From contig OZ244561.1 in NCBI GenBank assembly GCA_965217585.1, positions 6,368,001 through 6,432,000 on the forward strand: 64,000 nt of DNA. Direction: 5' to 3'. This DNA is from Candidatus Latescibacterota bacterium. GTDB taxonomy: Bacteria > Latescibacterota > UBA2968 > UBA8231. A program made the position numbers and the translations under genes. The notes beneath the pieces are model-generated. The model saw nothing but the letters and a program-made list of their open reading frames with translations, did no database searches and was not told the DNA's origin. Shown here one piece after another: positions 20,301 to 28,270 of the stretch; the stretch's first letter is position 1, and the number at the start of each line of letters is the position of its first letter.

Positions 20301-20685
20301 GGAGTATGTGTGTCGAGCGGGGACGCAGACGCGGTGGTCGTTTGGGGATGACGAGAGCCTACTGACGGATTATGCGTGGTATCATGGTAATAATTATCCT
20401 ACTAAAGGAGCAAAAGCGGTAGGTGGTAAGTTGCCGAATCCTTGGGGCCTGTATGATATGCACGGGAATGTTTGGGAGTGGGTTTGGGATTGGTATGACG
20501 AGGAGTATTATAATAGGTCGGTTCGGGAAGACCCTCTGGGACCTACATCCGGCCTTGGTCGCGCCATCCGGGGTGGCCATTTCGGCCATAACGACGGTGT
20601 GCGGTCGGCGTATCGCCACTTCCACTCGCCCGACTCCCGCAGCTATACCATTGGCGCACGCCTGCTCAGGATCGCGGGGGATTAA
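17311..20685 (+). CDS. large modular secreted protein: signal peptide, FlgD-Ig/T9SS-CTD-like domain, dockerin-like domain, TolB-like PD40 repeats, Ig-like repeats, C-terminal FGE-sulfatase (CLec-fold) domain
   Basis: NYPNPFNPST...GVYLYRL; GDVNND/GDVNGDG; PAWSPDGRQIAFSSNRDG x6; LTYSLSPEVPGLTFD x3; FQMGS, RLPTEAEWEY, PNPWGLYDMHGNVWEW. Confidence 0.9.
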   Translation: MRFLMLCLMGLMLSVQANTAQQSTVSGQVRLADGRPVAGAQVTLFDLADLHRGAVARAMTDESGFFALPLASLGGPALPQGFALGHNYPNPFNPSTLIPYQLPTATHVRLDVFNVLGQHVATLVDAERPAGFHTAKWDATDAAGQAMAAGVYLYRLTAGGQQQIQRMVLIDGQAGIAAGASSSVAAMSTDAVERKYGLVVSGEGLTTYTDAAFGVRVGMAAVELVVDAAPLTSGNALAEDILGDVNNDRQVSLEDAMLVGVSRSNPSIAMPNNGSILLGDVNGDGAVNGTDVLVIMRYVSNPLDGALPAGIGQRIASGKRVSDGSDVLNLTNHEKADRQPAWSPDGRQIAFSSNRDGGDGDIYVMDSDGKKVLNLTNHEKADRQPAWSPDGRQIAFSSNRDGNFDIYVMDSDGKKVLNLTNHEMTNEQSPAWSPDGRQIAFSSNRDGNFDIYVMDSDGKKVLNLTNHEMTNEQSPAWSPDGRQIAFSSNRDGNFDIYVMDSDGKKVRNLTKHGRRDHQSLTWSPDGRRIAFSSNRDGGDDDIYVMDSDGKNVHRLTKHKKEDILPAWSPGGRIAFSSDRDGNVEIYVMEVDVMDGDGDGGTPSFEGEPVADRTVVAGEAMPRLELPMALGGDGDLTYSLSPEVPGLTFDAATRTLLGTPTEAGVYALTYRVEDSDGDADELTVTVTVTVTVDEEPMFAVADTVAVADRTVVAGEAMPRLELPMALGGDGDLTYSLSPEVPGLTFDAATRTLLGTPTEAGVYALTYRVEDSDGDADELTVTVTVTVTVDEEPMFAVADTVAVADRTVVAGEAMPRLELPMALGGDGDLTYSLSPEVPGLTFDAATRTLLGTPTEAGVYALTYRVEDSDGDADELTFTLEVDGIPSFEGTAELLGGASMEFVWIEPGVFQMGSNTGRKDESPVHEVEISRGFWLGKYEITQGQWKSVMNDEPWSGRDKVEPNPSHPAVIISWDEVHEFIGRLNEEAGEDLYRLPTEAEWEYVCRAGTQTRWSFGDDESLLTDYAWYHGNNYPTKGAKAVGGKLPNPWGLYDMHGNVWEWVWDWYDEEYYNRSVREDPLGPTSGLGRAIRGGHFGHNDGVRSAYRHFHSPDSRSYTIGARLLRIAGD
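18289..19077 (+). repeat. six tandem near-identical PD40 coding repeats (132-138 bp)
   Basis: Unit starts at 18289, 18424, 18556, 18691, 18826 and 18964. Confidence 0.9.
19135..19933 (+). repeat. three tandem near-identical Ig-like coding repeats (288-bp period)
   Basis: Units start at 19135, 19423 and 19711 (GTTGCCGATCGGACGG...). Confidence 0.92.
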
Positions 20686-20716
20686 TTGCCTATTGCCACC
20701 AACCTAAAAAAACCGG

Positions 20717-20739
20717 CCCTAAAAAGCGATGGACGACTC
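20717..20739 (+). repeat. 23-bp direct repeat, right copy
   Basis: Identical to 17233-17255; both copies are followed shortly by AACTAGAA. Confidence 0.85.
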
Positions 20740-20828
20740 CAACTAGAATCGACATTTCACCTCCTTGACAAGAGGGCATATAGGGGACAAGAAGGGAAGT
20801 ACCTTCATCTCTTCGCGGCAGATCAACT

Positions 20829-20871
20829 GAGCCCTCGGGCGGCCTTCGCGGCGTCCAAGGGGTCTTTTTTT
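20829..20871 (+). terminator. intrinsic terminator-like hairpin with T7 tract
   Basis: GAGCCCTCGGGCGGCC-TTCGC-GGCGTCCAAGGGGTC-TTTTTTT. Confidence 0.55.
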
Positions 20872-20947
20872 AGAGTCCTAATAAAAGGCGGGGTCTGCTC
20901 CTAATTCGATTCGGGCGTCTGCCCGACCAGCGGGCGAGGCGCCCGCG

Positions 20948-21017
20948 GTAGGGGCAACCTTTGTGGTTGCCCACATCTCGACCGAACCTCCGGGGCATCC
21001 ACTAGGGGTCCCCCTAC
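20948..21017. repeat. GTAG-type REP pair (REPIN-like)
   Basis: GTAG-GGGCAACC-TTTGT-GGTTGCCC, followed by an inverted degenerate copy ending CCCCTAC. Confidence 0.65.
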
Positions 21018-22121
21018 TCAATCCAAATAACCCAACCTCCTCAGCCGCTGCTCTAACACCTCGCGGTCGGCGTCCGGGGAGAACCCCGCTTGTACATAGC
21101 TAGAAGCCGTTCTGAGTGCCGCGTACGCTTGGTGGTATGGGCGCGTGTCCAGCGCCGCGAGTGGCCGCTCGCTAAACGTTTCGACCAAGGTCTCGCGCTG
21201 GGTCGATTGATCACAGGTGAATTTGACGCTGGCATCGAAGAGAGACCATTGGCGGCCGTGTTGTGCGGCTGGGCCGGGGTCAATTTCGGCTAAGTAGTAC
21301 TTGGGTGGGGAAGGGGTGCGGATGTCGCGGGCAAAGCCGTCGTAGGGATAATCCAACTGCAACAGCGATAAAAAAGTCGGGAATAGATCCATCAGCGAGA
21401 TGAGGTTGCGCCCGACAGGTTCTTCCGAGGGAAGTCGGTAGTACAAAGGCACCCGTAGCACGTCGTTGCACAAGGTCTGGCCGTGATAGGGTTCGTCGGC
21501 TCGCCAGCTCTGGCCGTGGTCGCTGATGATGAAAACGGCCCACGTGCTCAGGTCCAAGGCGGCCAACAGCCAAGCGATGTGCCGCTCAAAGAGCTGTTCA
21601 ATGGCAGCGCGATAGCGCGTCTGCACCGCGTCAATGCGCCCAGCCGCTAGTAGCTGGCCCACCTCGCCAAAGGCCAACCCGTCTGCGGCGCCGTAAGGGG
21701 GATGAACGCTCCAGTAATGAACAAAGAGAGCGGTCGGCTCGCGGCGTTGTAGCCAGCCGGCGAGTTGCTCGTCGGCTGGCAAGGGGGCGATGTGGTCGGC
21801 GTAGCTCAGGCCGGTGAAAATGTCCGGGGCCTCTGAGAACGCGCCGACCGCATAGCCGGCTCGACGGCAAAGGGCGAAGAGGTCGGCAAAGCCCTGCCGC
21901 ATAGCGGGCGACTGCTGGCCTTCGATGCCGTGTTCAAACGGGTACAGCCCGGTAAAAAGCGAAGTGTGGACCGGACGAGTCGCCGAAGAAACCGAAAAAC
22001 AGTGCTGGCAAATGCGAAAATCGCTCGTCAAAGCGGAAAATCGGGGCGTGCGCACGGCCGCACTGACGCCAGGGGCAAAATCCAAGCGCAGGCTATCGAC
22101 CGAAATCAACAGCAGGTTCAT
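21018..22121 (-). CDS. sulfatase / alkaline-phosphatase-superfamily protein
   Basis: LLISVDSLRLD, TRPVHTSLFTGLYPFEHG, ISDHG, LRRLGY. Confidence 0.85.
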   Translation of the reverse strand: MNLLLISVDSLRLDFAPGVSAAVRTPRFSALTSDFRICQHCFSVSSATRPVHTSLFTGLYPFEHGIEGQQSPAMRQGFADLFALCRRAGYAVGAFSEAPDIFTGLSYADHIAPLPADEQLAGWLQRREPTALFVHYWSVHPPYGAADGLAFGEVGQLLAAGRIDAVQTRYRAAIEQLFERHIAWLLAALDLSTWAVFIISDHGQSWRADEPYHGQTLCNDVLRVPLYYRLPSEEPVGRNLISLMDLFPTFLSLLQLDYPYDGFARDIRTPSPPKYYLAEIDPGPAAQHGRQWSLFDASVKFTCDQSTQRETLVETFSERPLAALDTRPYHQAYAALRTASSYVQAGFSPDADREVLEQRLRRLGYLD

Positions 22122-22402
22122 GGTTGGTGTTGGACGATTCTGCTCTTTACGGCGTTAGAGGGTTTTAAGGTCGGGGTTTTGCGCCTGGGGATTGCGATGG
22201 TCGCACCGGCTTTGGGATTGCGGCCGGTGCGCGGTGCGCGCTCCACGACCTTGAAGGTGCCAAAGCCGCGGATTTCGACGTGGTCACCCGCTTCCAACGC
22301 TTGGGCTATGGCTTCGATGAAACCCTCGATAACGGCCGTGGTGTCCACTTGGGAGAGTCCAGTGCTCTGGGCTAGCTGCTGAGCGATTTCGGCTTTAGTC
22401 AT
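22118..22402 (-). CDS. HU/IHF-family DNA-binding protein
   Basis: MTKAEI, VEIRGFGTF, RTGRNPK. Confidence 0.93.
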   Translation of the reverse strand: MTKAEIAQQLAQSTGLSQVDTTAVIEGFIEAIAQALEAGDHVEIRGFGTFKVVERAPRTGRNPKAGATIAIPRRKTPTLKPSNAVKSRIVQHQP

Positions 22403-22430
22403 GTGCTTTCTCCGTTGTGGTTAGTCGGCA

Positions 22431-23528
22431 TCAGCGCAAGAGGCCCCGCGCCGAGATGTCCCATATTTTCTCCACGCGCCCCTTGCGGATGGCGACGAAG
22501 TAATTGTGGAGGAAAGTTGTCGAATCCGAATAGCCGACGAGCAATTCGATCCGCTCGCCCAAGGCCGGCCCGGCTTGGCCTTCTGCGATGTCGAAGATGC
22601 CGTGTTCAGCAGACAGGCCGCGCAAGCGCAGATCGTCTCGACCCAGCACCTCCGGTGGCTGGTGGCCGGAAGACAGCGTCTTAAAGCCGGCATCGACGAC
22701 GACTCGGTCAGCCGCGCGACTGGTGACCGAGGTGAGCACCGTTAAGGCGGGGGTGAGCGCTTCGACGTGACATTTCCGGCGATACATGACGTCCATGAAC
22801 ACGCCACCGCCGGCTTGGAGTTCAGTGACCCCGTCGTGAAGGGCGCTGAGCTCGTATGAGCCCGTGCCGCCGGCAGTGACGATCTCTACCGACATGCCAT
22901 TGTCTTCCAATAAGTTGCGCGATTCCACTAATATATCCAGTGCTTGGTAACAGGCCTTTTGCTTGGCCGGGAGTGGCCAGCAGTCGAGCACGTGGCCCTC
23001 GTAGCCCATCAGGCCCCTGAACGCCAGCCCAGGTTGGTCGCTAATGGCTTTGGACAAGGCGAGAAGAGGGGGGCCAGGCTCCACGCCGACCCGCTTCATG
23101 CCAATGTCGATCTCCACGACCACGGGGATGCGGATTCCCTCGGCGTCGGCGGCTGCGGCCATAGGTTCAACGACGGCGATATTATCGACTGCGGCAATGA
23201 CTTCGGCTTGGTGTTGCAGGCGGGCTAGGGCGGCGAATTTCACCGGACTGACGATCTGGTTGGCTAGCAAGATGGAGGATACGCCATGTGCGACCATCCA
23301 CTCGGCTTCGCTCAATTTGGCGCAGGTGATGCCACAGGCCCCATTAGCCAACTCGATGTGGGCTATGGCCGGGGATTTGTGTGCCTTGCTGTGGGGCCGC
23401 CATGCCTTGCCGTTGGCGCGGCAATACGCGGCCAAGTGCCGCACATTGGATTCAAAACGCTCGAGATCGAGCAGCAGCACTGGGGTCTCTAAATCGTCAA
23501 TTGCTTGGCCAGGTGCGGGTATATTCAC
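22431..23528 (-). CDS. DSD1 / D-threonine-aldolase-like PLP enzyme (alanine racemase fold)
   Basis: LETPVLLLD, WRPHSKAHK, GLMGYEGH, GGTGSY, DAGFK, SAEHG. Confidence 0.88.
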   Translation of the reverse strand: MNIPAPGQAIDDLETPVLLLDLERFESNVRHLAAYCRANGKAWRPHSKAHKSPAIAHIELANGACGITCAKLSEAEWMVAHGVSSILLANQIVSPVKFAALARLQHQAEVIAAVDNIAVVEPMAAAADAEGIRIPVVVEIDIGMKRVGVEPGPPLLALSKAISDQPGLAFRGLMGYEGHVLDCWPLPAKQKACYQALDILVESRNLLEDNGMSVEIVTAGGTGSYELSALHDGVTELQAGGGVFMDVMYRRKCHVEALTPALTVLTSVTSRAADRVVVDAGFKTLSSGHQPPEVLGRDDLRLRGLSAEHGIFDIAEGQAGPALGERIELLVGYSDSTTFLHNYFVAIRKGRVEKIWDISARGLLR

Positions 23529-24469
23529 GGTGTAGATAGCCTCCAGTTGCCGGGGTTGAGCAGGGTTGAATCCGCGACCGAGATTGCGCGCACGGCTGCT
23601 ACTATATCGGGTGGTAGGGGACCGGCCTCGACCGCGCGGATATTGGCTTCGAGTTCGGAGACACTCGTAGTGCCGAAGATAGCTGAATGAGCGCCGGGAG
23701 CAAAGGCGGCAAAGCGCAAAGCCAGTTCGGCCAGCCCCATGCCTGCGTCCTGTGCTAGCCGTAGCAAGGGAGCGGCCAAGGGGGACAGACCAGCCAACGT
23801 GGCCGGGAGCGAGTCGAGCCGATGAGACAGGACGCCTTGGAGGAAGATGGAGCGCAGGAGGACGCCCGTGCCCTGCGCTCGGGCGCGGGGGAGCACCTTG
23901 CGTTCCATCCGGCGGTCGAGCGCGCTATACGGTATTTGCAGCGTGCAAATTAGCTCGGGATAATCTAAGGCATCGAGCGGTGCCTCTTCGCCGTACGTCG
24001 TAACGCCCCAATAGCGCACCCAGCCGCGTTGGCTGTACTGCGCTAGTAGGTCCAGCAGTTCCGGGGTTGCAAAGCGCGTGTCGAGGCTGTGCAACTGTAC
24101 GAGTTCGAGCACATCGACGCCGAGCGTCTGCAAGCTCTGGCGCAGCGACTGCTCGACGGACTGGCGCAACGCCTGCCCGGTCAACAGCCGAGCGCTGTCG
24201 GCATCGCGGATGGAGAGCTTGGTCGCAATCACGGGCCGCCGCTGCAGCCCGGCACACGCGCGGCCCACGAGACTTTCACTGCGGCCGTACATCGCGGCCG
24301 TGTCGATGTAGTTGATGCCTAGCTCCAGGGCGCGGCGGATCAGGCCAATCACACGGTGATCCGGCGGCGGCGGCTGGTGGTCCCAGCCATACGCCATGCC
24401 CAATTGCACGGTGCCAAGGCCCAAGGCGGACAGGCGCAAATTCGTGCGGCCTAGGTTTGCGTATTGCAA
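23525..24469 (-). CDS. aldo/keto reductase
   Basis: LGLGTVQLG, GINYIDTAAMYGRSE, IATK, QIPYS. TTG start at 24469 with GGAG RBS. Confidence 0.9.
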   Translation of the reverse strand: MQYANLGRTNLRLSALGLGTVQLGMAYGWDHQPPPPDHRVIGLIRRALELGINYIDTAAMYGRSESLVGRACAGLQRRPVIATKLSIRDADSARLLTGQALRQSVEQSLRQSLQTLGVDVLELVQLHSLDTRFATPELLDLLAQYSQRGWVRYWGVTTYGEEAPLDALDYPELICTLQIPYSALDRRMERKVLPRARAQGTGVLLRSIFLQGVLSHRLDSLPATLAGLSPLAAPLLRLAQDAGMGLAELALRFAAFAPGAHSAIFGTTSVSELEANIRAVEAGPLPPDIVAAVRAISVADSTLLNPGNWRLSTP

Positions 24470-25377
24470 GGGGCTGCTCCGGTAGCGAGGGTGGCGGCCT
24501 TGACGCTCCCACCGCAGGCATCGAGGAGATGCTGTGCTTGGGCGCGATCGAGTTGGCACAGTTCCATGACCAGCGCCAGCTTCAAACCGCCTTCGGCCGC
24601 TTGCAATCGGGCGGCGGCCACTTGCGGCGAGGCCCCGGTCAGCGTCGCAAAGATGCGCTCGGCGCGGTCTCGCAGCTTGGCATTGGTGGGTTGCAGATCG
24701 ACCATGAGGTTGCCGTATGTCTTGCCCAATTTCACCATGGTGCCAGTGCTGATCATGTTGAGCACCAGCTTGGTCGCCGTTCCGGCCTTCATCCGCGTCG
24801 ATCCGGTGATGACTTCCGGGCCGACCTCGGGGACGATCTTGATCGACGCTGCAACGGATTCGGCGGCTGTGGGGCTACACGTAAAAAAGATCGTCGGACA
24901 ACCCTGCTGCGCTGCGTACTCCATGCCGCTGATAACGAAAGGGGTTACGCCGCTAGCGGCAATGCCCATGACCACGTCGGCCGGTCCCAAACCTCGCCGG
25001 GCCAATTCGCTGGGTGCGGTCTCGCGGTCGTCCTCTGTGCCTTCTACGGCTTGGTACAGCGCCGCTGGCCCACCGGCGATCAGGCCCTGCACCAACTGGG
25101 GGTTCGCACCAAAGGTTGGGGGGCATTCAGCGGCATCCAACACGCCGAGCCGACCGCTGGTACCCGCGCCGAGGTAGAACAGGCGGCCTCCGTTTCCGAG
25201 TTGGCTGGCCACCAAGTCAACCGCCTCGGCGATGGGGGCCAATTGCGTGGCGACCGCGGCCGACACAAGGGCGTCTTCTCGATTAATGATCGCCAGCATC
25301 TCTAGCGTCGAGACCTCGTCGATGTGCTCAGTGGCTGGATTGCGCTGCTCGGTTTGCAGCTTGGACCAGTTGCCCAT
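24451..25377 (-). CDS. murQ: N-acetylmuramic acid 6-phosphate etherase
   Basis: TEQRNP, GAGTSGRLGVLDAAECPPTF, GPEVITGSTRMKAGTATK. Confidence 0.95.
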   Translation of the reverse strand: MGNWSKLQTEQRNPATEHIDEVSTLEMLAIINREDALVSAAVATQLAPIAEAVDLVASQLGNGGRLFYLGAGTSGRLGVLDAAECPPTFGANPQLVQGLIAGGPAALYQAVEGTEDDRETAPSELARRGLGPADVVMGIAASGVTPFVISGMEYAAQQGCPTIFFTCSPTAAESVAASIKIVPEVGPEVITGSTRMKAGTATKLVLNMISTGTMVKLGKTYGNLMVDLQPTNAKLRDRAERIFATLTGASPQVAAARLQAAEGGLKLALVMELCQLDRAQAQHLLDACGGSVKAATLATGAAPCNTQT

Positions 25378-25510
25378 ATTGCATCGCCTAGCACCAGTAA
25401 AATGAATTGGACACAAAATAGACAGCCGAGCGCGGCGAGCAAAATTGTCAGAGCAGGGGAAAGGGTTATATTTTTCACCTTCATATTAAACATAAGGATA
25501 AGGACGCGGC

Positions 25511-28270
25511 ATGACGGAAGAATTGGCCAAGACGTACGATCCCGTGGCGATTGAAAAAAAATGGTATGATTTCTGGGAGCAAAACGGTCTTTTTAACGCG
25601 GGGATCAACCCGGATAAGCCCCCCTACTGCATAGTGATTCCTCCGCCCAACGTGACGGGCGAGCTGCACATGGGCCACGCGATCCAACACGCCATCCACG
25701 ACCTAGTGGTGCGGTGGAAGCGGATGCAGGGCTTTGAGACGCTCTGCCTGCCCGGCACCGATCACGCGGGCATTGCCACTCAGATGAAGGTTGAACAGGA
25801 GCTTTTGCAGGTCGAGGGCAAGAATCGCTACGATTTGGGGCGCGCCGCCCTGCTCGACCGGATTTGGCAGTGGAAAGAAAAGTACGGGGACGCCATCTAC
25901 CACCAATTGCGCCAACTCGGGGCCAGCTACGATTGGCGGTGGGAGCGGTTCACGCTCGACGAGGAGTACGTCGAGGCCGTATTGCAGGCCTTCGCACACT
26001 TTGCCGAGAAAGGGTGGATTTACCGCGGCACCCGCATGATCAACTGGTGCCCGCAGTGCCGCACGGTCATTTCCGACCTAGAGACCGAAGAGCGCGAGGT
26101 CGCCAGCCACTTGTGGCACATTCGCTACCCGGCCCAAGAGGGCGCGCTGCAAGTCGTGGTCGCCACCACGCGGCCGGAGACCATGCTCGGGGACACGGCC
26201 GTGGCCGTCCACCCCAACGACGACCGCTGGCGCGAGGCCATAGGCTTGCAAGTCGAGCTGCCGCTGACGGATAGAGCCATCCCCATCGTCGCCGATGAAT
26301 ACGCTGATCCCGAGCTGGGCAGTGGCGCGGTCAAGGTCACGCCGGCCCACGATCCCAACGACTACGAGCTAGGCCTGCGCCACCACCTAGCGCAAATCCA
26401 AGTCATCGGCTTTGACGGAGTCATGACCGAGGCGGCCGGCCGCTTTGCCGGATTGGATCGCTACGCGGCCCGCGAGGCCGTGGTGGCCGCGTTGGAAGCC
26501 GAGGGGCTGCTGGCAAAAATAGAGGATCACCAACACGCCGTACCTCACCACGACAAGTGCGGCACAGTCGTCGAACCCCTGCCGATGGAGCAGTGGTTTA
26601 TGAACATGAAGGAGCTGGCGGCCAAGGTGAGGCCCGTGCTCGTGCAGGAAGAGATCCAATACGCGCCCGACCGCTTCCGCCACTATGCCATCGAGTGGTT
26701 GGACCAAATACGCGATTGGGCCTTGTCGCGGCAGATTTGGTGGGGGCATCGCATCCCCGCTTGGTATTGCACCCATTGCAGTGCCGATGGGCTGATCGCC
26801 ATGGGCGACTTGGACCGGGAGCAGGCTCTGCACGAGGGCAACTTCAGGGTCTCGGTGGCGGCCGGTGCCAAGCCCGTAGTTAGCGCGGCTAAGCCAGCCG
26901 CCTGCGCCGAATGCGGCGGCCGGGACTGGGTGCAAGACCCAGACGTGCTCGACACGTGGTTTTCTTCCGCCCTGTGGCCCTTTGCCACCCTCGGCTGGCC
27001 GCAGCGCCGCGACGCGCTGGAGTACTTTTACCCCACGGATTTGCTCATCACGGCCCGCGACATTCTCTATTTATGGGTTTTGCGGATGGCCATGACCTCG
27101 CTAGAGTGCGTGGAGAAGATTCCCTTTAAGACGGTGCTGGTTCACCCGACGATTCTGACCCAAGATGGCCGCCGCATGAGCAAGAGCTTGGGTACGGGCC
27201 TCAACCCGCTCGACTTGGTCGCGCGCTATGGCGCGGATGCGACGCGCTATTGTCTGTTGGCGCAGGCCGGGGCCGTGCAAGACGTGCGCTTCGATGCCGC
27301 GGTCGCCAACAACCAAGTGCAGGCTTCGGCCAGCGCGGAGGCCGGCCGCAACTTTGGCAACAAGCTGTGGAATGCGACCCGCTTCGTGCTGATGAATATC
27401 GATGGATACGAGTCAGGCTCCTGCGAGCGGAGCGAGTTGGCCGACCGTTGGATCTGGAGCCGGTTGCAGGTGGCCGTGCGCGAGATGACCGAAGCCATGC
27501 AATCCTATCGCTTCAGCGACCTGACGCGGGCGATCTACGACTTAGTCTGGCGCGACTATTGCGATTGGTACCTCGAATTGGCCAAGGTGCGCTTGCAGGG
27601 AGGCGACCCCCAAGCACGGCGCGTGGCCCAAGAGCATCTCGTGCGGGTGCTCGAAACCGCCCTGCGGCTGCTGCACCCCATTATGCCCTTTATCACTGAG
27701 ACCTTGTGGCAGGCCCTGCCGCACGGCTCGTCGGCTAACAGCATCATGGTTGCGGATTGGCCGGAATGCGATGCCGCGTTGATAGATCAAGAGGCCGAAG
27801 CACAAATGCAGTGCCTGCAGGAGGTGGTGACTGGGGTACGGATCATTCGCGGCGAGATGAATGTCCCACCAGGGCGCAAAGTCGAGGTCTTGATTTCGGC
27901 CGCCTCGGACGAGGTGGAACAGACCCTGCGCCAAGCCGTACCCTACATCGCGCTGTTGAGCCGGGCCGCATCAGTGCAAGTCGGCCAAGGGCTCGTCCGG
28001 CCGCCGGCTTCGGGTAGCGCGATGACGGCCGCGGCCGAGATTTTCGTTCCCTTAGAGGGGTTGATTGACCTAGCCGCAGAGCAGCAGCGGCTCAAACGAG
28101 AAATCCAGAAGATGGACGGTCTGCTCAAGAGCCTAGACGCCAAACTAGCCAATGAGCGCTTCCTTACCAAAGCCCCACCCGAAATCGTCGCCCAGGAGCG
28201 CCAGCGCCAAGCCGAATACCGCGCCACCCAGGAGAAACTGAACGCCAGCCTCAAGCTCGTCGAAGCCTAG
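25511..28270 (+). CDS. valS: valine--tRNA ligase
   Basis: PPPNVTGELHMGHA, PGTDHAGIATQ, ATTRPET, SRQIWWGHRIP, RMSKS, C-terminal coiled coil. Confidence 0.97.
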   Translation: MTEELAKTYDPVAIEKKWYDFWEQNGLFNAGINPDKPPYCIVIPPPNVTGELHMGHAIQHAIHDLVVRWKRMQGFETLCLPGTDHAGIATQMKVEQELLQVEGKNRYDLGRAALLDRIWQWKEKYGDAIYHQLRQLGASYDWRWERFTLDEEYVEAVLQAFAHFAEKGWIYRGTRMINWCPQCRTVISDLETEEREVASHLWHIRYPAQEGALQVVVATTRPETMLGDTAVAVHPNDDRWREAIGLQVELPLTDRAIPIVADEYADPELGSGAVKVTPAHDPNDYELGLRHHLAQIQVIGFDGVMTEAAGRFAGLDRYAAREAVVAALEAEGLLAKIEDHQHAVPHHDKCGTVVEPLPMEQWFMNMKELAAKVRPVLVQEEIQYAPDRFRHYAIEWLDQIRDWALSRQIWWGHRIPAWYCTHCSADGLIAMGDLDREQALHEGNFRVSVAAGAKPVVSAAKPAACAECGGRDWVQDPDVLDTWFSSALWPFATLGWPQRRDALEYFYPTDLLITARDILYLWVLRMAMTSLECVEKIPFKTVLVHPTILTQDGRRMSKSLGTGLNPLDLVARYGADATRYCLLAQAGAVQDVRFDAAVANNQVQASASAEAGRNFGNKLWNATRFVLMNIDGYESGSCERSELADRWIWSRLQVAVREMTEAMQSYRFSDLTRAIYDLVWRDYCDWYLELAKVRLQGGDPQARRVAQEHLVRVLETALRLLHPIMPFITETLWQALPHGSSANSIMVADWPECDAALIDQEAEAQMQCLQEVVTGVRIIRGEMNVPPGRKVEVLISAASDEVEQTLRQAVPYIALLSRAASVQVGQGLVRPPASGSAMTAAAEIFVPLEGLIDLAAEQQRLKREIQKMDGLLKSLDAKLANERFLTKAPPEIVAQERQRQAEYRATQEKLNASLKLVEA

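Noticed and set aside
25485-25495. TTATGTTTAAT (minus strand) as a sixth dif-like site
   Set aside because: XerD-like half only; no matching second arm at 6-bp spacing.
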